64,000 nucleotides of DNA, from NCBI GenBank assembly GCA_048013815.1, contig CM106586.1, positions 5,208,001-5,272,000 on the forward strand. Direction: 5' to 3'. The translations under genes and the position numbers were made by a program. Positions 48,816 to 58,096 of this stretch are shown piece after piece. This DNA is from Setoptus koraiensis. Taxonomy: Eukaryota > Animalia > Arthropoda. The notes beneath the pieces were generated by a model that was not told the origin of the DNA, ran no database searches, and saw only the letters and a program-made list of their open reading frames with translations. Position 1 is the stretch's first letter; each line of letters opens with the position of its first letter.

Positions 48816-51512
48816 ACATGTAGTACATTGTAGATGGTGCGGCACGCACACACACACACACACACACACATTCTATTGTTGAGTTGCAATTTACAATTCA
48901 CAGCACTGCAGCCACAAGTACACGTACTATAAGACACTATAGGAGATCGAACACGTGCAAGGCGCTACTCTCTCCCCCTTCTACATATAGTATGCTGATT
49001 ATTGTTGATGGTGATAGTGTTTGCACTTGATCACAATTGAAATAACAAATAAACCAACCTCAACATGCGAAACAGTGAACACACCGCCGCACTTTGGATG
49101 GCTTACAATCTAACTATTCGACAATGATTGTCGATAGAAACACACGCACACTCACACACCTATTGGTGCTGTGTTAACATCTCACACAGAGGAGCGCCTC
49201 GGTCTGCCGTGCCGGCGAATGTATGCGAGCTGATGGCACCAACTATTTCTGGTGAACCTTTTATAGGTCCCTCACTATTCGCATTCTTAGAATATGTGCT
49301 AGTTGCTATTGAATCGCTTACAATTTACCATTTCTCCAACACCACATCCATACTGAAATCACTTCAAAACTCATTTGGATTCATCTTTCAATTCTATACT
49401 ATTAATGTTCATGTCAGTGCAAGCTCAATGGCGAATGGCACACGACGTCAACGATTTGATCAGATATACTTGTCTTATCTTGTGTACTTGCTATCAACAC
49501 CACTGAACACTGAACAATGCCGATGGCAGACGCTGTCCACTAATCAAAGCGGCATCCTTGGCGCCATGTCCAGTGTTCGACAAAATCTCTAATGAAGGAT
49601 AGTTTTCAGATACCACTACAATTGACTAACGGCCAGCACTGTTAGTCATACTCTGCCGAAATCACAAGTGCAGGCTCGATAGGGTTCAGGACTCAAATAG
49701 TTGACTCAAGTGTCGCTATTGTGCTTACAAGAAGTGTGACGTCGTACTAGTGAGAACCAATTAGTGACACGAAAAGCATCAAGTTTTGGCATTATGGCAA
49801 CTAGATGCAAACACACACACACACACAAATCATCATTGAATGTTGGTAAACTTCTGGTAAACTCACTTGTTATCTATTAACATCAACACAGTTGGCAGAG
49901 GCTTATGATTCACAATGATTGGTAATATTTTTAGCTTAGTTCAGTTTAGTTCGATCGAGCAATGAGGCGATTGCGTGGCGCTAATTGTAGTTGTTGCTTG
50001 TTACAACAATTTAGTTGGCGTTCACGCACAACTGTTAGAAGTTGTGGCGTCGGAGCGAAGTTGGTTGCATAATAGATAGGTAGTTAGATAAGAATGTCGC
50101 TCAGGGTGCTCACAATACCGTGACGACCATGCGATGGTCACCAGAATAAAACGATTGCATCTGTTTATTCTCGTCGTTCATACTGATAAGTTCACCATTG
50201 TTTATGACAAAGTACACGCAGCAACTGACAACAATCGCATGGCAAACCAATGAACGCAGCAGCCGATGCAAGACAATTAATTACCGGCGCTGGTTCATGT
50301 GCCGTAGAGCTAACACCACGGACACCATTTTAATCTATAACCTCACCGTGCAGAATTTGTTGTCTTTGTCCGTGCTTTCTCTCTCTCTCTCCCTCACTCT
50401 CTAGTGTGATGGTGACAACCTTGTTTGAGAGGAAGTATTTACACAGCTAGATTAAATTCTGAGGCTTCTTGGTAGACACGCCAATAAACTGTCCGTGATC
50501 GTGATGGCGCCAAAAATCATTTTCAAACGATTGAACACGCATGCGCGACGCTCGTTGGTGACGAATCAAACATTTCTCTAGGCTAAAGTCGTCCTCGTTA
50601 ACGATCGCGCGGCTCTCACTATCCCAAGAGATAGAGAGGGAGAGCGAGCCCATGAATTATGATGATGAGAGCAACATAAAATGAGTGTGTGCCCCTCGCA
50701 CATGTACAGTTCAGTTCGTTGTGCAGGGCTCCAAAATTGCCTGCGTTAGTACAGTGCTGCAGTGTAAAAGTGTGAGCGGTACGTGCGCGTTAGGATGTTG
50801 ATATTGGCCATAGCAGACAGGGCGCACAAAAACACTTTGATATTTTGTTAGCATCGTCAGTGCATTTCGCCCGGCACAGAATCCATTATTCTTTTGCTGC
50901 ATTTTCTCTTTTGGTTCTGTTCTCATGCTTGCTGTTGTGCACAATGCGCATTGTGCATAGGAACGCCGAAAGGGCTCCACTGTACCGACTCAGTAACACT
51001 GAGTCGCGCTGCTGAGTATGCACTGTGTGTGCTACAGTACTTGTTATTTGTATTTATTGTGTGTGTGTGTGTTTGTGTGCTGGAATTCTTGCGCGATTCT
51101 AGCGTCCTTGCACTGTACTAACTAATCAGTTCTCGCCTGTACGTGTTTGTGCCAAGGTGGCAGGTTCTCGAAAAGTAACAGCCTATCTCGACTGCTTTTG
51201 TTGGTGGCAATACGTTATTATTGTTGTTATTTTTTCGATACCTGTTTGTGATGACCATATTATTGTTAGGAAAAATGAAACACTTATCGATTGTTATTGT
51301 GTAACCACCATTTCAATCTGCAGTGGAGTTTCTCCTTATGAATTGCCTTAAAAAAGAAACAGCATATTAATAAAACGATAATTTAACATCAAACATGAAT
51401 TTTCGATATTACATTATTGTTACATCACCATCACAAGAATCTCATCACATCACAACATTAGACCAGTGCTAGCCACTAACTATTAATTCATCACTAGGAC
51501 CCTATCAGGATC

Positions 51513-52610
51513 ATGGCAACATCACCGACAACATTACCCTTGTCCCCCACCAGCGTAGGAGAATATAACATTTCTTCCCATATTGGTAGGGGAAGCTTCG
51601 CAAATGTCTACAAGGGCTTCAAGAAACGCGGACACTATGAGGTAGTTGCTATTAAATGTATTCAGATCTCCTCATTATCACGTACATCGAGAAACAACCT
51701 TTTCAACGAAATAGAAATACTAAAGAAAATTAAACACGATCACATAGTCAAAATGAATAAATTCACCTGGGATTCCAGAAATATTTACCTCATATTCGAG
51801 TACTGCCCAGGAGGGAACTTGGCCGAATTTATTGAAACTAGGAAAACGGTTAAACCGCCTATTTTGAAGCACTTTGTTCAACAATTAGCACTCGGTCTGG
51901 AACATCTCCATTCTCAAAATATCGTGCATTGTGACCTCAAACCGGAGAACATTCTTCTCTCTACACCACCTGTAGGATCACTTAGGAGCGTCAAGTTGAA
52001 GATAGCGGATTTTGGTTTCTCTCAAATAATTAAAAAAGAACATGGATTTACCCACGGATTGAAAGGTTCGCCCTTGTACATGGCTCCTGAGATTTTACGC
52101 CAGCAACCTTACGACGCTAAAGCTGATCTATACTCACTAGGAGTAATAATATATGAGTGCCTGTTCGGCATAACTCCATTCAGGACTGACGACTTTCAAT
52201 TAATGATCGAGCAAATTTTGTCATTCGATCCCATCAGAATACCAAGTACTGTGGATATACCTTGTCAAACCTTATTGAAAAGACTGCTAGTGAAAGATCC
52301 ATCAGAGCGTATGTCATTCTCAGAATTTTTCCACCACGAATTTGTTGATCTCGTACATTGCCCCACAGATGATAACTATCATAAAGGAGTGGACCTAATC
52401 AATCAAGCCGTCATAGAGGATACGCATGGAAATTATCAAGACGCAGCTCACTTCTATACTGAAGGGCTACTTTATTTGGTGCCTGCCTACAATTGGCTAG
52501 ACTCATTTAATGACATACAAAGAAGATCACTTCATTTGCGCATCAAGGAGTATGTGTCTCGTGCAGAAAAAATCAAGCAGCAGTGTTATCAATTCTGTCA
52601 TACACCGTGA
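51513..52610 (+). CDS. ULK3: ULK3-like Ser/Thr kinase with a single MIT domain, intronless, 365 aa
   Basis: GRGSFANVYK, VAIK, HCDLKPENILL, DFG and GSPLYMAPE motifs. C-terminal VDLVHCP...AVIED...FYTEGLLYLVPA...IKEYVSRAEKIK resembles ULK3 MIT1. Confidence 0.9.
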   Translation: MATSPTTLPLSPTSVGEYNISSHIGRGSFANVYKGFKKRGHYEVVAIKCIQISSLSRTSRNNLFNEIEILKKIKHDHIVKMNKFTWDSRNIYLIFEYCPGGNLAEFIETRKTVKPPILKHFVQQLALGLEHLHSQNIVHCDLKPENILLSTPPVGSLRSVKLKIADFGFSQIIKKEHGFTHGLKGSPLYMAPEILRQQPYDAKADLYSLGVIIYECLFGITPFRTDDFQLMIEQILSFDPIRIPSTVDIPCQTLLKRLLVKDPSERMSFSEFFHHEFVDLVHCPTDDNYHKGVDLINQAVIEDTHGNYQDAAHFYTEGLLYLVPAYNWLDSFNDIQRRSLHLRIKEYVSRAEKIKQQCYQFCHTP

Positions 52611-53436
52611 AGTTGTACCTGATTCCATCCTCCTCTTGTTCCTCTTCGGGTACATCCGGACACTTGGTCTCTTTGTAAATGGTGGAGTCAATCTCGGGGA
52701 AGAAGGTGTCACATTCAAACTGTGCGTGTATTCTTGTTAAATAAATTCTTTTGCATTGTGGCAACTTCAGAGCTTCTTCATATATGCTTTCACCTCCAAC
52801 TATCCAGACGGTTCCTTTATTTCTAAGTTGAGAAACTCCCTCTAGAGCGGCGGGTAGCGAGGTAAATATATGGTCAACTGAATCGCGGTCTTCAATGGTC
52901 GATACCGTGTGACTGAGAACGACGTTCGTTCTGTCTTTCAATGGCCTATACTTCGGTGGTATAGATGACCAAGTCTTTCGGCCCATAATCACCACATTCT
53001 TTAGATTAGTTTCGTTAGTCTTAGTTGTCATTTGGTTGAAATATTCAAGTTCGTTCTTCAATCTCCATGGTAATTTGTTTTTGAACCCAATTCCATTGTT
53101 ATAGCAGGCAGCCGCTATAACGAAGAAATCGCTTCTCATTGTTTGTCTGTTAATATTCTCGTCTCTGGTGATTTCGTTCAAATCCATTTGGCTCAACTTA
53201 GATTTAAGTTGATCATGCATGCGTCCAAAATGTACTGTCAAACCGTCTAAATATGCTTTCAGAACGCTTAATTCTTCTAAATACACAGTATCTACATCAA
53301 TTTGAGTAACATGTTTTTCCTCATTATTTCGAGCAAAAAGATTTGGTAAATCGCTGTGTCCAGAGGCTTCCAATAAATTGTCAAGTTGTTCACTCGAGTA
53401 CTTATAGCTTGTGTATTCATTTATCAAATCGTCCAT
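52573..53436 (-). CDS. DHFR: Dihydrofolate reductase with a 99-aa N-terminal extra domain, 287 aa
   Basis: The DHFR domain starts at Met100 (53139): GIGFKNKLPW, VIMGRKTWSSIP, RPLKDRTNVVLS, WIVGGESIY, RIYLTRI and CDTFFP. The frame is open up to the ATG at 53436. Confidence 0.93.
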   Translation of the reverse strand: MDDLINEYTSYKYSSEQLDNLLEASGHSDLPNLFARNNEEKHVTQIDVDTVYLEELSVLKAYLDGLTVHFGRMHDQLKSKLSQMDLNEITRDENINRQTMRSDFFVIAAACYNNGIGFKNKLPWRLKNELEYFNQMTTKTNETNLKNVVIMGRKTWSSIPPKYRPLKDRTNVVLSHTVSTIEDRDSVDHIFTSLPAALEGVSQLRNKGTVWIVGGESIYEEALKLPQCKRIYLTRIHAQFECDTFFPEIDSTIYKETKCPDVPEEEQEEDGIRYNFTVYDRIDNTAA

Positions 53437-53620
53437 CTTTGATGATTTATCTAGTTACTATCCATCAAATGTTTGTTTTATAATATTTACTGATAAACTA
53501 ACAAGTTATTTTTAGGCGTCATGAGTGCTGTGCGCAACCGTCATACAAACAGCTGCTCTCACATTTGTTTCCATTCGTTGTTTCTATGGTTTGTATTCAT
53601 TGGACATTAGGCTGGCAATC
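53437..53620. promoter_or_regulatory. Candidate bidirectional promoter between the DHFR fusion gene and BLOC1S2
   Basis: Only 184 bp separate the divergent start codons. No core motif was identified; inferred from geometry. Confidence 0.55.
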
Positions 53621-54032
53621 ATGTCGTTCGACAAAGTATCGGAATATATCGACTTGGAACTTCGAGGTATGTAAATGTTTATCATTTCAATACCACGCAA
53701 CATGATGCATCTCTATTAATCTAGAACCTCTATCTCTCCCCTTTCCGATGATGGTAACAGCTTCGCTTGAGGACTATGAGTTTATAAAGAACTTGAATAA
53801 GGCAACGTCACAAAGATTTAGCGATTTTCAGGTGGTTGCCGACAGGATAGCTGCCAATGTGATCAAGATAAATGAAAATCACGAGGCCGTGGAAAAACTT
53901 AATAATCTATTTAAGCAAATAGATATGGTCGAGGAAAAAGTAACTAAACTGGAATCGATGGCATATAAAATAGACTCCTACAGCAAGAGATTGGAAGAAA
54001 GATTCAAGCAATTGGACCCAAATAAAAAGTGA
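53621..54032 (+). CDS. BLOC1S2: BLOC-1 subunit 2
   Basis: Exons 53621-53666 and 53761-54032 (94-bp intron, phase 1) give FDKVSEYIDLELR-ASLEDYEFIKNLNKATS...QIDMVEEKVTKLESMAYKIDSYSKRLEERFKQL, which matches the BLOC1S2 pattern. Confidence 0.88.
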
Positions 54033-54122
54033 AACGATTAGAAAATTTTTTCATCGAACAGAGGCTGTTCTATTTATTCATTTGGCTTATATGTATGCTA
54101 GGTAATAAATTTTGGTTCATCT

Positions 54123-54773
54123 TTAAAAACCTCCCGAGTTTAACTGCTCCAATGCCTCCAGTTTTTTCAAGGCCATTTCGGCGGGCTTCTTGTTCCCCTC
54201 TATCTCCGATTCAAGGTTTGATAACTCTGTGCGAATCTGCATCTCGTTGCGATAAAGGTTCGCGGCTGACTCTGAGAGTTGCTCCAATAGACTAAACATT
54301 TTGCTGATACGTTGTTTTGGTATCATATCCGTTTGAGCCATATTGGACGGTACCACGATAGGTGATGGACTTTGAGTTGTCTGACTGACTTGAACAGATT
54401 CTCTCATTTGTTGATGTTGTTGTGGTTCTATTCTTAACAGATCCCAAACCATCTTGGTCCTGTATATATGTTTTCGATTTGATTTCAATAAATTTGAATA
54501 TCCTTCAAGAAACTTCAGTTTTTCGAATGATGTCGACTGCTTTTTTGTTTGTAGTGGAATACTTGTATTTGATATGTTCGTTAGCTGAAATGGAATGAGC
54601 TATTGAGGAATGAGATTTACTGAAACGTTGATAATTCTATTCTATGATTGCTTTGTTCTATGTTACGAATGACTCAACTCTCGTGAGACCAATAGTTCAG
54701 TGGATGAACTTTGCAAGCCCATTTCACACTCAAAACGAAACACGTACTCTCGAGTATCGAACTTTTTCACCAT
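54123..54773 (-). CDS. Hypothetical coiled-coil protein, about 160 aa; 5' structure uncertain
   Basis: A stop-free frame spans 54123-54599 and follows an acceptor-like caatag. There is a candidate ATG at 54773 in gccaagATGG context, possibly an ATG-only first exon. C-terminal heptad pattern MFSLLEQLSESAANLYRNEMQIRTELSNLESEIE. Divergent from PSMD8. Confidence 0.5.
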
Positions 54774-55129
54774 CTTGGCGCTAAAAGACCTAATGCACAC
54801 AGTGCGCAAGCAACGCTGATAATCCTATATACAGATAGGTGCCAAATCCAAATTTGTGCAACGCCCTCTGTCGGACTGACGAAAATATTATCTTGAGCAA
54901 ACTTGAAATTAGCGCCCTTCATGTGCCGATGCACACATTCTGTGTGGCTTTTTCGTATCTAACTCGATCAGCAGATCAAACAGAGAATTAAAAATACAGT
55001 CAAAGAGAAGCATTTTATCTACATCACCTTGGAATAGGTTCGGAAAGAATTTCGCTCAGATACCAGTTCAAGATCTAATATTAAATACCTATCAAACTCA
55101 ATTGAATCAACAATCATACTCAAGACGAG
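54774..55129. promoter_or_regulatory. Candidate bidirectional promoter between the orphan gene and PSMD8
   Basis: About 356 bp between divergent candidate ATGs; inferred from geometry. Confidence 0.45.
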
Positions 55130-56051
55130 ATGGCAACCAACAATGAAATAATTAGCCACCGGAATAGCCTTTTGGCAGAATGGAGCCGTGGACCGTCCAA
55201 GAATATGGCCGTTATCAACGACCACCTCGAGAAGGTCAAGCTGCCCCTTTCTCAGGTGTCTTTCTATTCGGATGGCACTCAGACACCATCAGGGGAACTC
55301 CTGGTGCATTGCAGGGATATTCTGGAAATCGGCACCTTTTTCTCGATCGAGACTAGGCAAATACCGGCTTTTGAACGATACTTGGCTCAATTGAAGTGTT
55401 ATTATTTCGACTACAAAGATCTATTACCAGAGTCTTCCAATAAATATCAGCTTCTCGGCCTGAATCTATTACGCTTACTATCCCAGAATCGTTTAGCCGA
55501 ATTCCATACTGTAAGTTACTTCAAACAATACATGAACTATCATCAAAATAATTTCTTTATGAGAGGCATCTGACCTGATCTTACCTACAATCTTTTATTT
55601 TTCTATCACTCAACATTCACAGGAAGTAGAACTGTTGCCTCCAGATGTCATACAGACGAACTCTTTTATTAGTCACCCGGTCTTACTAGAGCAGTATTTG
55701 ATGGAGGGTAGTTATAACAAAGTTTTTCTAGCAAAAAGTCAGGTCCCCTCACCTTATTACACGTATTTCATAGATCTTTTATTAGATACAATACGAGTAG
55801 AAGTAGCTAGCTGCTTAGAGAGCGCCTTTGACACTATTGGAGTTACAGATGCCGCGAGGTTACTATTTCTCAACGACGTTGACGGTCTTAAAAAGTTTTC
55901 CTCCGATCAAAAGTGGAATATATCACCAGATGGAAAATCAATAACATTCACACTACCTCAGGAACCTACACAACTTACAGCTAAAGTGGCATCACAACAA
56001 ATTGCATCACAAATAGTAGAATATGCATTAGAACTTGAGAAGATAGTTTAA
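55130..56051 (+). CDS. PSMD8: 26S proteasome lid subunit Rpn12, 269 aa
   Basis: Exons 55130-55510 and 55623-56051 (phase 0). RDILEIG...FERYLAQLKCYYFDY...LLGLNLLRLLSQNRLAEFHT-EVELLP...HPVLLEQYLMEGSYNKVFLAK. Confidence 0.96.
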
Positions 56052-56083
56052 ATCTGTTTATTTTTATAAAGTGCATTCAGATT

Positions 56084-58096
56084 CTACCGTACTACATTCT
56101 CGGGCCTTGTCACCCGGAAATTTATGTTCATATAATCATCAAGACCTGTCTCTGCGAAGGAATATGCAATGTCGATTAGGGAAAACTTGTCATCTAATTT
56201 TTTGTCAGAATATAATATGTCCACATTGAAATGTTCTAACCCGTATTTCCTCACAATGAGTTTCCTCAATTGATTCATGGTTACTATAGCGGGGCATTTG
56301 AGGTAACGTTTGTATGTGGTTAGATTATCTTCTAAGGACAGTGGTGGCCCCGACTGCCGATCATATGTTAGGCAAACAAAAATAGTATCATCTGGTTTGT
56401 AATATTGCTTATTGTTCGGCACATCCCCAAACATCTCGTTCTTGTACCTTGTAATAGATGTTGGTCTGGCTTCATAGAATTTTCTCCGCCTAGCCATTTC
56501 ATTTTGGTATAGTCCTGGTACTAATTTATAAACTATACTTTGTTTAACGGTGTCGGGACGGAGTTTATTAAGGGGTCTGGATCCCTTGATCTCTACTTTG
56601 CACTCAGGGCATTCTGGTTTACCACTCATTATCCATTTTCCAACACATGATCTACAGAATGAGTGCATACACTCGGTTATTGTGACAGCATCTATAAGAT
56701 ATCCTTTACACACATAACATCTTATGATATCTAATAGGGAATTTTTTGATTGCGAGGATGAGGCCGCAGGCAGTTGCCTTGTTTGTCTGTCCGAAGACGG
56801 ATCAGCAGGTTGTTTGGCCCTAGAAGGTGAGCCAGGTTGATTGGCTGGAGACTGTTCTCCGGATATTTTTGCCGAGGACGCTAGTCTTGGTCTTCTGGCC
56901 GAGGACTTCGAAGTCGATGGTTTTGGTTGCCCGGTTACATCGGGCGATAAGGAACGCTTCAGACCTTTGGAGGTGTTTGAACAATGAGGTTGTTGTTGTT
57001 GCTTCTGGGGTTGCAGCTGTTGCTTTTGGGATTGCTGATCTTGTTTTTGGGGTTGCTGATCTAGCTTCTGGGATTGTTGTTCTTGCTTAAGCGGTTTCTG
57101 TTCTTGCTTAAGTGGTTTCTGATCTTGCCTCAGCGGTTTCTGATCTTGCTTCAACGACTGCTGCTCTTGCTTGGGCGGTTTTTGATCTTGTTTCAGCAAT
57201 GTCAGCTGAGGTTGGGATCTTTGCGCTGGTGTCGGTTGGGATCTTGGCGCTGGTGTTGATTGTGAGGGGGACGGCCTAGACTGCGAGGGGGCTAGCGGCG
57301 GCTGGGGTTGAGTCTGAGGTGGTGGTGGTGTGTGTTGATGATGCTGTTGTTGCTGCAGCTTCTTCTGCTGCTGAAGCTGTTGCTGTTGTAGCAGCTGTTG
57401 TTGATGTTGTAGTTGTTGCTGCTGTGGATCCCGATGCTGTTTTTTCTGAGGCTGTTGTTGTTGTGGTGATTGTGATTGCGGTTGTGGTAGTGCTGCTGGC
57501 GGAGGTTGTGGTAGTTGTGGTGGTTGTTGCAGCGGTGGTTGTTGCTTCTTCTGTTTTTGCTGGATTTGTTCCTGAGTAAGAATCGCTAAATTTTGATTCT
57601 GATTATGATAAGGCTGGTTTCTATGTTGTTGTTGTTGTTGTTGTTGTTGATGATGATTTTGTTGTTGTTGTTGTTGCTGTTGATGGTGTCGTTGTTGTTG
57701 TTGTTGTTGTTGATTCGGTTGATGTTGGTGATTTTGTTGATGTTGGTGATTTTGTTGTTGCTGTTGATTTTGCTGTTGCTGATGATTTTGTTGTTGTTGT
57801 TGGAGCTGTTGTTGTTGTTGCTGCTGCTGTCGTTGGTGATGGTGTTGGATTTGTTGGTGTTGGTGAATCTGTTGTTGAAGTTGATGTGGATGAAATTGCA
57901 TTGGATTTTGCATGTGATAACTCTGGTACTGTTGATGTGATGGGAACATTGGCGACGACATCCGGCGAATATATTCCAAGAGCTGCATGCTGGATGCAGC
58001 CGCAGTTGGGTCCATCATGCCCCTAGTCGGCGGTGCCGAGCCACTGGCTAGCAGGATATTTTGGATAGATTGATGATTCATTGTGTTATCGTTCAT
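56084..58096 (-). CDS. Polycomb group RING finger (PCGF/Psc/BMI1-like) with a long polyQ N-terminus, intronless, 670 aa
   Basis: C3HC4 RING CYVCKGYLIDAVTITECMHSFCRSC...CPEC; LRPDTVKQSIVYKLVPGLYQNEMARRRKFY; RAWUL-like RYLKCPAIVTMNQLRKLIVRKYGL. About 450 aa of Q/P/H-rich sequence precede the RING. Confidence 0.9.
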   Translation of the reverse strand: MNDNTMNHQSIQNILLASGSAPPTRGMMDPTAAASSMQLLEYIRRMSSPMFPSHQQYQSYHMQNPMQFHPHQLQQQIHQHQQIQHHHQRQQQQQQQQLQQQQQNHQQQQNQQQQQNHQHQQNHQHQPNQQQQQQQRHHQQQQQQQQNHHQQQQQQQQHRNQPYHNQNQNLAILTQEQIQQKQKKQQPPLQQPPQLPQPPPAALPQPQSQSPQQQQPQKKQHRDPQQQQLQHQQQLLQQQQLQQQKKLQQQQHHQHTPPPPQTQPQPPLAPSQSRPSPSQSTPAPRSQPTPAQRSQPQLTLLKQDQKPPKQEQQSLKQDQKPLRQDQKPLKQEQKPLKQEQQSQKLDQQPQKQDQQSQKQQLQPQKQQQQPHCSNTSKGLKRSLSPDVTGQPKPSTSKSSARRPRLASSAKISGEQSPANQPGSPSRAKQPADPSSDRQTRQLPAASSSQSKNSLLDIIRCYVCKGYLIDAVTITECMHSFCRSCVGKWIMSGKPECPECKVEIKGSRPLNKLRPDTVKQSIVYKLVPGLYQNEMARRRKFYEARPTSITRYKNEMFGDVPNNKQYYKPDDTIFVCLTYDRQSGPPLSLEDNLTTYKRYLKCPAIVTMNQLRKLIVRKYGLEHFNVDILYSDKKLDDKFSLIDIAYSFAETGLDDYMNINFRVTRPENVVR
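56999..57195 (-). repeat. Coding 21-bp minisatellite (7-aa units of QDQKPLK/QEQQSQK type)
   Basis: Periodic units visible in the DNA (e.g. gatcttgcttaagcggtttct variants) and in the protein KQDQKPPKQEQQSLKQDQKPLRQDQKPLKQEQKPLKQEQQSQK. Confidence 0.85.

Noticed and set aside
48222-48937. 203-aa and other ORFs upstream of dynein
   Set aside because: They run through the MITE and CA repeats with no recognisable protein.
49128-49592. 154-aa plus-strand ORF
   Set aside because: TTG start, no motifs and intergenic-like composition; not supportable as a gene.
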